A stretch of DNA of 64,000 nucleotides from an uncultured Nitrososphaerota archaeon (GCA_963824385.1 CAWGPD010000003.1:128001-192000), one strand, 5' to 3'; shown: positions 1 to 9,152, counted from the first letter of the stretch. Program-made: numbers and translations. Notes: generated from the letters alone by a model not told the origin.

Positions 1-66
1 TTCTCCTATGAACTTGCCACACTTTGAACAATAAATGCACTTTGTATCGTATATGTTCATATCATA

Positions 67-447
67 TCACGCCTTTCTAGAGCCTTGTTTCATGGATTTT
101 GCATGTCTTATTGCATCCAAGATGTTTTTTACTCGTGATAAAAATTCTCCTTCATTATCCACTACAAAAATTAATGTGTTTGATTCTTGCGGAATGGTAA
201 TTATTCTATGATTCTCCCTCTCTGTTACTGAATATTTGACCTGTCCAAAATCCTCATCGTAATCTTGGTTCATCCTCTGTTGCAAAGAGCATGACATGAA
301 AAACATCTCCTTTTGTTCTTTGGATAAATTAAGGCTATTTTTGTTGCAGTCTACAAGACGGCCATTTTTAGTAATCAATCCGATAAAATCAATTCCCTCC
401 CCTAACATGTGTTCATCAAGGTGTCTGGCCTCGATAGTTTGAGACAT
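67..447 (-). CDS. Roadblock/profilin-like small signalling protein (thaumarchaeal DUF6659-like)
   Basis: GLITKNGRL...EMFFMSCSLQQRMNQDYDEDFGQVKY motif shared with ORFs at 4585, 8721 and, more distantly, 37354. Confidence 0.7.
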   Translation of the reverse strand: MSQTIEARHLDEHMLGEGIDFIGLITKNGRLVDCNKNSLNLSKEQKEMFFMSCSLQQRMNQDYDEDFGQVKYSVTERENHRIITIPQESNTLIFVVDNEGEFLSRVKNILDAIRHAKSMKQGSRKA

Positions 448-543
448 GCTATTTCACTAGGGTAGAATACGTGTCATTTCCTAATAAACCTGATCATAAT
501 CTTCCTATGATGTAATATTTTATTGCACAAAAAGTGGAAGAAC

Positions 544-684
544 CTATGTTGCAGGCATAGATTCTGATTCAAGTTCATACAATCTCTTTTGCAACATCTT
601 TTTGTAGTCTTGTGCAGTTGGTTTCTTTTTAGAATTGTCACCATCAGTTGATAGCACAAAATCTTCTTTTGTATCACTGAACAT
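544..684 (-). CDS. small hypothetical protein (46 aa), not in ORF track
   Basis: ATG..TAG, MFSDTKEDFVLSTDGDNSKKKPTAQDYKKMLQKRLYELESESMPAT; natural composition, co-oriented with 67..447. Confidence 0.5.
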   Translation of the reverse strand: MFSDTKEDFVLSTDGDNSKKKPTAQDYKKMLQKRLYELESESMPAT

Positions 685-794
685 CTTGCGTTGAGATCTT
701 GTTATCATGTAATGTAATACACTTTGAAATATTTTAACTTGATCAGAATTTTTTCTTGAATAATATTTTTATCTTTGGAACACGTAATAGTACC

Positions 795-926
795 ATGACA
801 AAAGAATTTTGCCATTTCTGCAAAGAAGGTGGCAAACAATGTGTGCAGGTTGACACAAAACAGCAAGTGTACATGGAGATGTATCATATTGTCTGCTCTA
901 AATGTGGAAGACTGTTAGTAGCGTAG
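795..926 (+). CDS. zinc-ribbon microprotein (43 aa), not in ORF track
   Basis: MTKEFCHFCKEGG...HIVCSKCGRLLVA; two CxxC motifs; T-tract after stop. Confidence 0.65.
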   Translation: MTKEFCHFCKEGGKQCVQVDTKQQVYMEMYHIVCSKCGRLLVA

Positions 927-1034
927 ATTATTTTTTTTATTTTAGAACAACATTATTCTAGAACATTTTTGTAAAATGATTTGAAATTGCATAGTTTTAC
1001 CTGACATACATACGTACAGTTTTTGAGAGTTATT

Positions 1035-1262
1035 CTAGACTGCTCTGAAGACTAGAGCGATGTATCCTATTAGGACACCGGCAAAGATCAGCCCTGCACC
1101 CTCAAAGAATGCAAGCTGATTTGTGCCTCCTCCATATCCTCCACTTTCGGGATTGATAACAAATATCGTCACCAAGCAGGTAGCAAGCATTATTGCCACT
1201 GCAATTGGAAGATATTCGCTATGTTGTTTTCGTGTTTCATACGAGTCGCGGTATGAAGACAT
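1035..1262 (-). CDS. small two-TM membrane protein
   Basis: two hydrophobic segments. Confidence 0.6.
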   Translation of the reverse strand: MSSYRDSYETRKQHSEYLPIAVAIMLATCLVTIFVINPESGGYGGGTNQLAFFEGAGLIFAGVLIGYIALVFRAV

Positions 1263-1357
1263 GGGTAATAATACGTGATTCTAAGATATACGGGTATCTG
1301 TTATAGTGGAACATTTATCAAACACAGATACATGACGGTAAAAGTCAGAGACTGTCC

Positions 1358-1627
1358 ATGTGGGAACAAACAAAAAAAAGACCTCAGGTTAAGATGCTGA
1401 TTCTAATCGTCCTAGTGGTATCATTTATCCCGTTTTCGTACCTGTGGTATGAACAACTGACTAGTCTCAAATGCTCTGCTTCTACTGGAATAATTTACCA
1501 GGCAAGCCCCGGTAATCATAGCTGTACACAGCAAACAGGTATGCATTGGGCAATATTTTATGGGATTAATAGTATGATATACGGAATCCCACTGCTTACA
1601 TTTGTTCTAAAATCAAAAACAAAGTAG
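1358..1627 (+). CDS. small two-TM membrane protein
   Basis: two hydrophobic segments with a Cys pair in the loop. Confidence 0.55.
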   Translation: MWEQTKKRPQVKMLILIVLVVSFIPFSYLWYEQLTSLKCSASTGIIYQASPGNHSCTQQTGMHWAIFYGINSMIYGIPLLTFVLKSKTK

Positions 1628-1629
1628 GC

Positions 1630-1751
1630 TTGGCAGTTTACGAGTGTCCATTGTGTAGAGCCAAGATGATATTGACTATGAACATTCTCCAAGATATTTT
1701 TGGTGTGACGATTGTAGGATTAAAGTTTGGAGATACTGGAAACTGCTTTGA
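1630..1751 (+). pseudogene. frameshifted zinc-ribbon microprotein
   Basis: TTG-AVYECPLCRAKM in one frame, DYEHSPRYFWCDDCRIKVWRYWKLL* in another; homologous to 11215..11370. Confidence 0.5.
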
Positions 1752-1791
1752 TATTTTGATTTGAATGCATATTATTCCTAGTTGGAAATGA

Positions 1792-2127
1792 TTGAAAATG
1801 AATAATACTAAAAAACAGCTATATGTATTATACATGATATTCTTAGCAGGAACAAATAGGACTGTAGTAGTGACATGTATTGAAGTGGCATTGATGAAGA
1901 GAGGGAATGCCAATTATAATTTAGTCATAGCAAAACTTCGGTCATTTTACAATTGTGATATTGAAGATTGTATTAACAATCTAGAATATTTGCGAACAGT
2001 ATTAAAAGAAGTGTATGAGCAAGACTATACTTCTGTTTTAGAGGATATTACTTGGGAATTGGAGACATTGGATGTATTTGAGATAAACGATTTCAAATCT
2101 GAGTTTTGTAAAATCATGGCAAGTTAA
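1792..2127 (+). CDS. thaumarchaeal 'DCYEHPEYL' family protein (NitrOD5-like output domain), paralog 1; start probably ATG 1834
   Basis: CIEVALMKRGNANYNLV..L...Y.C...DC...EYL..VLKEVY shared with 11572 and 36308. Confidence 0.7.
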   Translation: MKMNNTKKQLYVLYMIFLAGTNRTVVVTCIEVALMKRGNANYNLVIAKLRSFYNCDIEDCINNLEYLRTVLKEVYEQDYTSVLEDITWELETLDVFEINDFKSEFCKIMAS

Positions 2128-2211
2128 TTGTGCCTGGATAAAAAGAATTTTTGATTCTTAAACTAAAAAAATAAAAGCAAGTTCTACGTAATTATATATC
2201 CATGCGTACAC

Positions 2212-2655
2212 TTGATTCAAAAACTAGAGTCAAACAAATTGGAAGATATGATTGATTTTAGTGACTCTCTAGTAATTCTTTCAGTAGTTGTTCTAATGAT
2301 ATCTGTAAGTATTGGTGGAATGTACTATCTTGACAAGACTAGACTAGATAAAAAACAGCGAACTCCTACTTTTAGTAAATTACAAAGAACCAGATATAAA
2401 GATGGATCGTGGTCAATACTACTTTATTCACCTAGTAGATCAATAGCAAAATGTAATGCTACATTTAGAGATGTCCCGCTTTTTGAAATTGGGTCTAATT
2501 ATTACGAGAAAAGTCTAGCATTGGAGGAAGGAATGGCATTTCTTGTACCTTACGCTTCTGAAGATGATGATGATGGATTGATAAAAATCCGGGATGGAAA
2601 AATAGTTATAATTAAAGAAAAATTCAACAAAATTCCAATACGTAAATGGAGTTGA
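2212..2655 (+). CDS. membrane-anchored hypothetical protein
   Basis: N-terminal TM helix followed by soluble domain. Confidence 0.6.
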   Translation: MIQKLESNKLEDMIDFSDSLVILSVVVLMISVSIGGMYYLDKTRLDKKQRTPTFSKLQRTRYKDGSWSILLYSPSRSIAKCNATFRDVPLFEIGSNYYEKSLALEEGMAFLVPYASEDDDDGLIKIRDGKIVIIKEKFNKIPIRKWS

Positions 2656-2733
2656 TCTCAATCTCAAAAACAGGTTTACCATGCCCATCCTGAATAGAAT
2701 AGCCTTACAGAACCAAAAATTTACCAGTAATAT

Positions 2734-2982
2734 CTAAAAAATGTATGAAAATGCAAGGTTTTGACCAATTATGACCATTACTATTGCCAACAACCACGTG
2801 TGATTTCCAGTCCTAGCCACTGTCCTCCCACAGACATTACATATCCAGCGTGATTGAATCATAGTCAATCTGTGCTCATGTCGTGCTTCTGACATGACCT
2901 TTCTTATAGATCGATTTGATATTTTTTTATGCGGCTGGGTAGGAGAATCGTATGGTACTACTTTTTTATTCCGCAGCCGCAT
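2734..2982 (-). CDS. HxH...CxxC metal-binding protein with C-terminal TM
   Basis: HEH...RWICNVCG; paralog of 6823..7267 locus. Confidence 0.55.
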   Translation of the reverse strand: MRLRNKKVVPYDSPTQPHKKISNRSIRKVMSEARHEHRLTMIQSRWICNVCGRTVARTGNHTWLLAIVMVIIGQNLAFSYIF

Positions 2983-3014
2983 GAATTACTAAAAAACATT
3001 CTTTGTATATTATA

Positions 3015-3034
3015 TTTGAGGATCACTTCTCAAA
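3015..3034 (-). promoter_or_regulatory. TTTGAG-N8-CTCAAA operator abutting TATA (copy A)
   Basis: minus strand TTTTTCATTTTGAGAAGTGATCCTCAAA-TATAATATAC, ATG ~32 nt after TATA start. Confidence 0.7.
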
Positions 3035-3050
3035 ATGAAAAATAAAATAT

Positions 3051-3266
3051 TCATGCGATAGATCTAGAGTCGTGACATATCATGGATGTAAGAAAGTCAT
3101 GAGTTTGGGGAATTGATTCTATACTATCAAAACAATCCGAGTGTAACTGCTCTATAGTTTTTAATCCACATTTAACACAAATTTGTTGCGTTACTTTTCT
3201 ACATTCTGCACACAGTGAACATTTTTTTAATATTCCTCCACATGTTCTACATGATTCGTCTGGCAT
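3051..3266 (-). CDS. double zinc-ribbon small protein
   Basis: CRTC, CAEC, CVKC and HxxC motifs. Confidence 0.7.
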   Translation of the reverse strand: MPDESCRTCGGILKKCSLCAECRKVTQQICVKCGLKTIEQLHSDCFDSIESIPQTHDFLTSMICHDSRSIA

Positions 3267-3304
3267 GTCTACTTTTAAAATAATATTCGTGTTGATATAT
3301 TATA

Positions 3305-3324
3305 TTTGAGGAACACTTGTCGAA
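3305..3324 (-). promoter_or_regulatory. same operator/TATA element (copy B, degenerate arm)
   Basis: minus strand TTTCATTTCGACAAGTGTTCCTCAAA-TATAATATAT. Confidence 0.65.
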
Positions 3325-3354
3325 ATGAAAGATAAAAAATGATCTAGTGAAACT

Positions 3355-3654
3355 TTATTTTTTGAGTATTGCCAAAAAGAACATGCCCATGATAGCCATT
3401 GTCATTATTGCAAATGATAGATATCTAATATCATCTGGCATGAAATGGACCACTGCCTGATCTACATAATTTAGAGTATGTTGTGCTGCAAACAAGACAA
3501 ATGCAATAGCAACATAGATCAATTTTTGCAGGCGTGTATTTCTATAGGCTTTGATAGTTATTGCCAGTAAGAAAAGTGCACATATTGTGATTATAATTTG
3601 AGCAATAAGAAATGCTTCACTTGTGGGACTAAAGCCTGATTCAGGTAGTGCCAT
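3355..3654 (-). CDS. three-TM membrane protein coupled to wHTH regulator
   Basis: three hydrophobic helices; start overlaps stop of upstream wHTH gene. Confidence 0.75.
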   Translation of the reverse strand: MALPESGFSPTSEAFLIAQIIITICALFLLAITIKAYRNTRLQKLIYVAIAFVLFAAQHTLNYVDQAVVHFMPDDIRYLSFAIMTMAIMGMFFLAILKK

Positions 3655-4220
3655 TATTTTTCATTCTCCGATGGTGAAGAAGATAGGAATAACTCTGCCA
3701 ATCTGTTACTCCACTTGTCCCATATTGAAGAATGATAGTTTTTCAAAAGATTCACTATATTTTCATGGGTTCCATTTAGTAGGTATTTTTTGAACTTTCC
3801 CTCTTTTTCTTCATATATTATACCAAGACTAACTAGTCTCTTAAGGTGCCAATTGGCTGTGGCATGTGATATTTTGATGTTATTTGCAATATCAGTCTGA
3901 GTGGGGTTTTTTCTTTCAATTATCAATAGGATTATCTCTCTTACTGTATCCTGGTTTAAAATTTTAAGTAAATTTCGCTCAAAAGTTTTAAAAAATCCTA
4001 CAGGAAAATAGAATCTTTTTAGATTTTCTTTCTCCGAGACGATTCGCCCTGCTTGTTCTAAGATATTCAAGTGATATCGTACACTACCCATTGACATGTT
4101 CAAATCCTTTTTGATCCATCGCATATGACATCCGGGATTTTCTTGTATAAACTGTAAAACTTTCTCTGTATTCTCATTGAGTATGTCCCCCACTGTTATC
4201 ACTTCAATATGCCTAGTCAA
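3654..4220 (-). CDS. double winged-helix (ArsR/MarR-like) transcription regulator; start probably GTG 4202
   Basis: IQENPGCHMRWIKKDLNMSMGSVRYHL and TQTDIANNIKISHATANWHLKRL HTH motifs. Confidence 0.85.
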   Translation of the reverse strand: MTRHIEVITVGDILNENTEKVLQFIQENPGCHMRWIKKDLNMSMGSVRYHLNILEQAGRIVSEKENLKRFYFPVGFFKTFERNLLKILNQDTVREIILLIIERKNPTQTDIANNIKISHATANWHLKRLVSLGIIYEEKEGKFKKYLLNGTHENIVNLLKNYHSSIWDKWSNRLAELFLSSSPSENEK

Positions 4221-4237
4221 GAATAAAACAATTCTAT

Positions 4238-4259
4238 AACTTTGTTAGTGAATAATGTT
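4238..4259 (-). promoter_or_regulatory. 22-bp palindromic operator (AACWWTGTT-N4-AAYAATGTK) 9 bp upstream of TATA
   Basis: minus strand AACATTATT-CACT-AACAAAGTT-ATAGAATTG-TTTTAT; same layout at 46298, 47040, 61339. Confidence 0.6.
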
Positions 4260-4584
4260 CTAAATGGCATGACAATTCTTTTGGTTCTTTGTCTATGCTA
4301 GTCTTTAAACTAAATTGATGATACAAGTTCAACATTTTGGAATTTTGTAAGTCGATATGTAAAAAATTTATAGATATGCAAGACTTTATCTTCATTTTTT
4401 ATCATCAGATGCATACTGCTAATCAAAGTATATGTCTAATCTAGTGATTTAATATTTGTAGCACAAACATCAAAACGTCATTTTGATTTTATGCATATAC
4501 GTTATATCCATAGGGTGTTTTTTGATGCTTGTTTTTGATTATTGTGTCACATTTCTTATTAATTTGATTACGATTATTGCCACT

Positions 4585-5013
4585 GTGCTAAAACCATATT
4601 CATCTAAAAAGTTGGTCTCTCAAAATATTGGGAAGAGTAAGGTTTTGATTCAAACTGATTCGTTATTGGAAAAGGGAGTTGAATATTTGGCAATCATTAA
4701 CAAGAAAGGTAGAATTGAAGATGCCATATACAAAAACGACATAAATCTAAATGATGAGAGAAAACAGGTCTTTTTCCTGAGTATTTTACTACACAATTCA
4801 ATGCAGCGTGATTTTGACGAGGAATTTGGGGAAGTTAATTATACCATGGCAGATAGGGGAAATTCAAAATTTGTGGCAGTACCCACACGTGACGGGATTT
4901 TATTTGCAAAATTAGACAAATCACTAGACCCAACTGTATTTATTAAAAAAATTCTTGGAATTCTCAAATTTTCCAACGGAGCATTTTCTATACGAGATGA
5001 GATTTACCAATAA
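4585..5013 (+). CDS. Roadblock-like (DUF6659-like) protein
   Basis: AIINKKGRI...FFLSILLHNSMQRDFDEEFGEVNY; GTG start 29 nt after TATA, matching paralog at 8721. Confidence 0.75.
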   Translation: MLKPYSSKKLVSQNIGKSKVLIQTDSLLEKGVEYLAIINKKGRIEDAIYKNDINLNDERKQVFFLSILLHNSMQRDFDEEFGEVNYTMADRGNSKFVAVPTRDGILFAKLDKSLDPTVFIKKILGILKFSNGAFSIRDEIYQ

Positions 5014-5200
5014 ATTTTATGCGTTCTTAAAATTTATTCAAATGAGATTGTCTAAAAAAAATTGATTAACAATAAAATTATTTAAAATATATAGTACAAT
5101 TATCTAAATATTTTTTTATAACAAAAATTAATTTTTTCAATTAGAGAAATGAGCCACAATTGTTTATAATCTCTAATTGAAATTACTTGCAAGAACCAAC

Positions 5201-6170
5201 ATGAACGTCCAGCAACAAAACAAAATCAAATCTGACCTGACAAAAAAGGTTACTGCAATTGCATTAGCATCTGTATTGGTTGTATCCTTTTTTGGAGGTA
5301 ATTTGATGACTTTGCAGGCAATGGCAGTTACTGATAATCAGGCTGCAAAACAGACATTACGTCAAACGCTGCAACAAGATCAAACAACATACAAGCAAGC
5401 AGTTCAAGCAGCAGACCTTGCGTACAAGCAAGCAGTACAAACAGCAGATCTTGCTCACTCACAAGCAGTCCAAGATGCAAATGACGCATACAATCAAGCT
5501 GCACAAGATGCAAAATCTGCATACAATACTGTAGTTAGCAGTGCACATGGAAATGCAGCGATAATTGGTTCTGCTATGTCAACAAGAGACCAAGCAATTG
5601 CAACGGCTCAGACTACAAAAATTAATGCAATTGTAACTGCCGATACTACACATGACAAGGCAGTAAATGATGCATGGGTTGCACATGAGACTACAGTCTA
5701 TACATCTCTTGCAACACGTGATGGCAACGACGGAACTGCACAGAGTACATTCTATACCACTATAGGAAATGCTACACTTGCAACTAGAGCCCAGACAATA
5801 GGTCAGGCACATGTTACAGAAGACAATTCCATTTTGCAAGCTCAGAGAAACAAGAATTGCCGCAGTAGAAATTGCCGATGCTACAAAGATTCAGGCAGTA
5901 GGGGCTGCACAGATTGCATATGTTAGTGCAGAGAGCAGTGCTCATGTGACACTTGATAATGCTTACACTACTGATGCCAAGACTTGGAATGCAGAGCAGC
6001 AATCATACTGGAATACAGTAGCTCTACTTGTACAAACAGAAGATAGTGCCATTGCTACAGCCAATGCAAACCAAGTAACTGCAATAGGAAATGCTGATGC
6101 CACAAGAGATCAGGCAATTGATCAGGCTCATGCCACAATGTATGGAGCCATTTCAGCAGCATACCAATAA
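5201..6170 (+). CDS. secreted Ala/Gln-rich 11-residue-repeat helical protein (frameshift at ~5843)
   Basis: signal peptide; YKQAVQAADLA-type repeats continue across ORFs 5177..5926 and 5811..6170. Confidence 0.75.
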
Positions 6171-6197
6171 GCCGACAAAATCGGCTCTCTTTTTTTA
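6170..6197 (+). terminator. hairpin plus T-tract terminator
   Basis: AGCCGA-caaaa-TCGGCT followed by CTCTTTTTTT. Confidence 0.55.
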
Positions 6198-6230
6198 TTG
6201 TATTGTATAATATGATGTATGATTTTTCAT

Positions 6231-6250
6231 TTTGAGACTTGTGCCTCAAA
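6231..6250 (+). promoter_or_regulatory. TTTGAG-N8-CTCAAA operator abutting TATA (copy C)
   Basis: TTTTTCATTTTGAGACTTGTGCCTCAAA-TATAATATAT; ATG 6282. Confidence 0.7.
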
Positions 6251-6281
6251 TATAATATATAAAATTCGATATAATATAACC

Positions 6282-6680
6282 ATGAATTTCAGTATTGATT
6301 CAAAAACAAATAAGGGATTGTTCATGGGATTAGTAATCTGTACCTTGGGATCAATCATAGCAAATAGTTCCACATGGACTGTCTCTGCTGATAGTTGTTA
6401 TGCACGTGGACCAAACTTTGATCTGCATGGATGTAATTTTACAAGTGCAGATCTTAGTAATCTAAATCTCTTTGGTGTAAACCTTAGTGGAGCAAATCTC
6501 TTTGGTGCAAATCTCAGTGGTACGAATCTTAGTAATGCAAACCTTCTTGGTGCCAACCTTAGCTATACTGATCTTGCTAATACAGATTTTACTAATGCAA
6601 ACCTTGGTGGTATTAGCTACAATGGATGTATTGGAACACCAATTGGAACACCTGCGCAAGGAACACTGCCAACCTGTTAA
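6282..6680 (+). CDS. secreted pentapeptide-repeat protein
   Basis: signal peptide; A(N/D)LxX repeats. Confidence 0.85.
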   Translation: MNFSIDSKTNKGLFMGLVICTLGSIIANSSTWTVSADSCYARGPNFDLHGCNFTSADLSNLNLFGVNLSGANLFGANLSGTNLSNANLLGANLSYTDLANTDFTNANLGGISYNGCIGTPIGTPAQGTLPTC

Positions 6681-6769
6681 TTAAATTAAAAATCTATTTA
6701 TGAAAATAAATCCTATGGCACATCTCTAGTTCTGATTATGTTATCATGCAAGTATGATTAGTTTTTCAT

Positions 6770-6789
6770 TTAGAGACTTGTGCCTCAAA
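6770..6789 (+). promoter_or_regulatory. same operator/TATA element (copy D)
   Basis: TTTTTCATTTAGAGACTTGTGCCTCAAA-TATAATATAC. Confidence 0.7.
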
Positions 6790-6822
6790 TATAATATACA
6801 AAGAATCACTAGATGAAACATT

Positions 6823-7026
6823 ATGAGATGGCATGATGAAAAGATCTCTTTGCCAAATGTCCCTGCTAGAGTAGATCCGACTATTAAGTACTCATCTGCC
6901 ACTCATTCCCCCAAAAAAACAAAGTCATTGCAAAAAAAGACAGACCAAAAAACACATCACCAACACGAATGGAATATATATTCGAATCGATGGGTGTGTA
7001 ATGTATGCGGTATGAAATATGGCTAA
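6823..7026 (+). CDS. HxH...CxxC small metal-binding protein
   Basis: HQH...RWVCNVCG; paralog of N-part of 2734..2982. Confidence 0.55.
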   Translation: MRWHDEKISLPNVPARVDPTIKYSSATHSPKKTKSLQKKTDQKTHHQHEWNIYSNRWVCNVCGMKYG

Positions 7027-7267
7027 GATAGCAGACTATGACATTTGGTTATTGGTATTAGTGATATTTGTAATAGGACTAACTCCAATATTTTCAGGTG
7101 TTGCCTTTGCACAGATGTATAACGATGCTGATAATCCGGTCGGTTCTATGGCTATTTATGCATGGGGAACTGCAGCAGTTGTTGTTGGTATAACGACAGG
7201 AGTAGGTATCTTGACAATAGTTCGAAAAGTAAATTCCAAACACCATTTGTTAAGAAATGGGTTTTAA
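7019..7267 (+). CDS. small membrane protein
   Basis: signal-like helix ending VAFAQ plus second TM. Confidence 0.6.
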   Translation: MAKIADYDIWLLVLVIFVIGLTPIFSGVAFAQMYNDADNPVGSMAIYAWGTAAVVVGITTGVGILTIVRKVNSKHHLLRNGF

Positions 7268-7307
7268 CTTACAACTAAACACTTTCATGTTCTTGGGATG
7301 ATTCAAA

Positions 7308-7914
7308 ATGGTAAGTCAGGAATCTCATCAAGACGGTGTTACAAGAAGAGACTTTCTTAAACTGCTTACACTGGAAGTGTTGCTTTAACCTTTACACCAT
7401 TTGTTCCTTGGGGAAAATTTATGCCAAATCCTTCCAATGTTTCTTTGGAGAGAGCCCAGGTAATACTGCCAGATGGAACACAGGCAAATATCAAGACTTT
7501 TCCAAAAAATCACTCTGAGGTTATTACTTATCCAAAATCAGGAGATGCAGTTTTAGATCAAGAGGCATTTAAAAAATGGCAGTTTGTTAGATTGCCAGAA
7601 GAACTTGGTGGTGGCATTAGATGACACAAGTGCTTTTCGAGCATACAGCATGGTTTGTTTACATTTATGGTATTTATGGAAATACTGGCCACAAGAAGGA
7701 AGGAAGAGAGGAGAATGCCCATGTCATGGAAGTATGTATAGCATGTTAAACGGCAAGGCCTTTGCAGGACCAGCTTCTCTTCAGCTCTCCATCCAATGTA
7801 TTGCCTTATCTTTACCTTGAAACTGACAATGATGGGGATTTATGGATAAAACCTGCAGTATGGGACGTCAATGAGAATGGTATAGTTGGATACGGACGTT
7901 TTCTTAAAAAGTAG
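7308..7914 (+). pseudogene. Tat-exported Rieske 2Fe-2S protein (complex III PetA-like), three frame breaks
   Basis: VTRRDFLK Tat motif; CLHLWY and ECPCHGSMY boxes in successive frames. Confidence 0.8.
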
Positions 7915-7957
7915 AAAATACATTTTCGTAGATTTTGAAAATATTTCTATCAGAAGT

Positions 7958-8506
7958 CTAGTGTACCATTTTAATCAGCCAATGCATGAAATTGGTCCCC
8001 AAAAATACTATGACTGCAGCTTTTACTGTTTTACCAGTTGTCATTGCAATTGTGTACCTCTGAATATTGTATCGTTTGACTCCAGCTATTATTGATATGA
8101 CATCTCCAAATATGGGAATCCATGGGGAGAGAAAAATTATTGTAAACCACCCGTATTTTGTCATCAAGCCAACACTTTTTTTCTCATTTTCTTTTTCAGG
8201 AGTCTTTCTGAGTTTTTTTAACAGTCTTCCATTATAGCCAATGTAATATGCGATATATCCGCCAATTATGGAGCCAATAGTAGATACCAAAAACACGTCA
8301 AGTGGATTTATTCCTTGTAGTAATAATGCAGAAATGGTAAGTTCTGTTGGAATCGGAATGAAACTTGAGAACATTGCATTAAAAAATAATCCCAACAGTC
8401 CAAATTTTATAAATATTGAATCATGTAATGAAGAACTTGTGAATTTATGCAACATTGTAGAATTTTGAATAAAAAGTTCAGTCATCATCTGTATGAATAA
8501 CCACAA
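7958..8506 (-). CDS. DedA/VTT (YqaA-like) membrane protein
   Basis: FIPIPTE, GSIIGGYIAYYIG, SPWIPIFGD. Confidence 0.85.
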   Translation of the reverse strand: MWLFIQMMTELFIQNSTMLHKFTSSSLHDSIFIKFGLLGLFFNAMFSSFIPIPTELTISALLLQGINPLDVFLVSTIGSIIGGYIAYYIGYNGRLLKKLRKTPEKENEKKSVGLMTKYGWFTIIFLSPWIPIFGDVISIIAGVKRYNIQRYTIAMTTGKTVKAAVIVFLGTNFMHWLIKMVH

Positions 8507-8720
8507 GGATTATCTAATCTATCTCCTAATTATATATGCAAAATAATAGAATATTCATTTTATAGCTACGAAATTTCTCTACGATTTAACAATTCTAGCA
8601 CACTTGTCTAAATGAACTCATTCCTGTTTGCATCTTGAAAGTAATTTTTGTCATCAACTGATGTTTGTTTTAGTTGATTGCTTCACATTTCTTAATAATT
8701 AATTATTGGTAATGGTTAAC

Positions 8721-9152
8721 ATGTTAAAACTTTCTGCAACAAATTATTCAATGTTTGAACAAAATAATAGAAATGAATTTTTATCACAAATTACATCTCT
8801 TTTGGATGCAGGATCTGAATATATTGGAATTATTAGTAAAAATGGAAGATTAAAAGAAGTATTTCGCAAAGAAAGTGACTTGAATTTAACCGAAGATGAA
8901 AAGGAAATGTTCTTCATGTCACTACAACTACATATCACACTGCAGAGTGATTTTGATGGCAAACTTGGGTCGATAAACTATCTGCTAATCAAAAGGCAAA
9001 ACTCTAGATTTGTGTTAACTCCTACATCTGAAGGATTCATTCTGGTAAAACTGAATAAATTAGCAGATCCATTTTTAATTATAAATAAAATTCCGGGAAT
9101 CCTGGATTCTTACAAACAATTTCTTGAAACAAGTATGGGAGTTTGTCCCTGA
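8721..9152 (+). CDS. Roadblock-like (DUF6659-like) protein
   Basis: paralog of 4585..5013, including upstream promoter similarity. Confidence 0.75.
   Translation: MLKLSATNYSMFEQNNRNEFLSQITSLLDAGSEYIGIISKNGRLKEVFRKESDLNLTEDEKEMFFMSLQLHITLQSDFDGKLGSINYLLIKRQNSRFVLTPTSEGFILVKLNKLADPFLIINKIPGILDSYKQFLETSMGVCP

Noticed and set aside
474..887. Track ORFs 474..677 and 705..887
   Set aside because: Better explained by overlapping small genes 544..684(-) and 795..926(+).
949..970. Match to the 22-bp operator (AACATTATT-CTAG-AACATTTTT)
   Set aside because: Lies between convergent gene ends with no properly spaced TATA and gene; may be chance.
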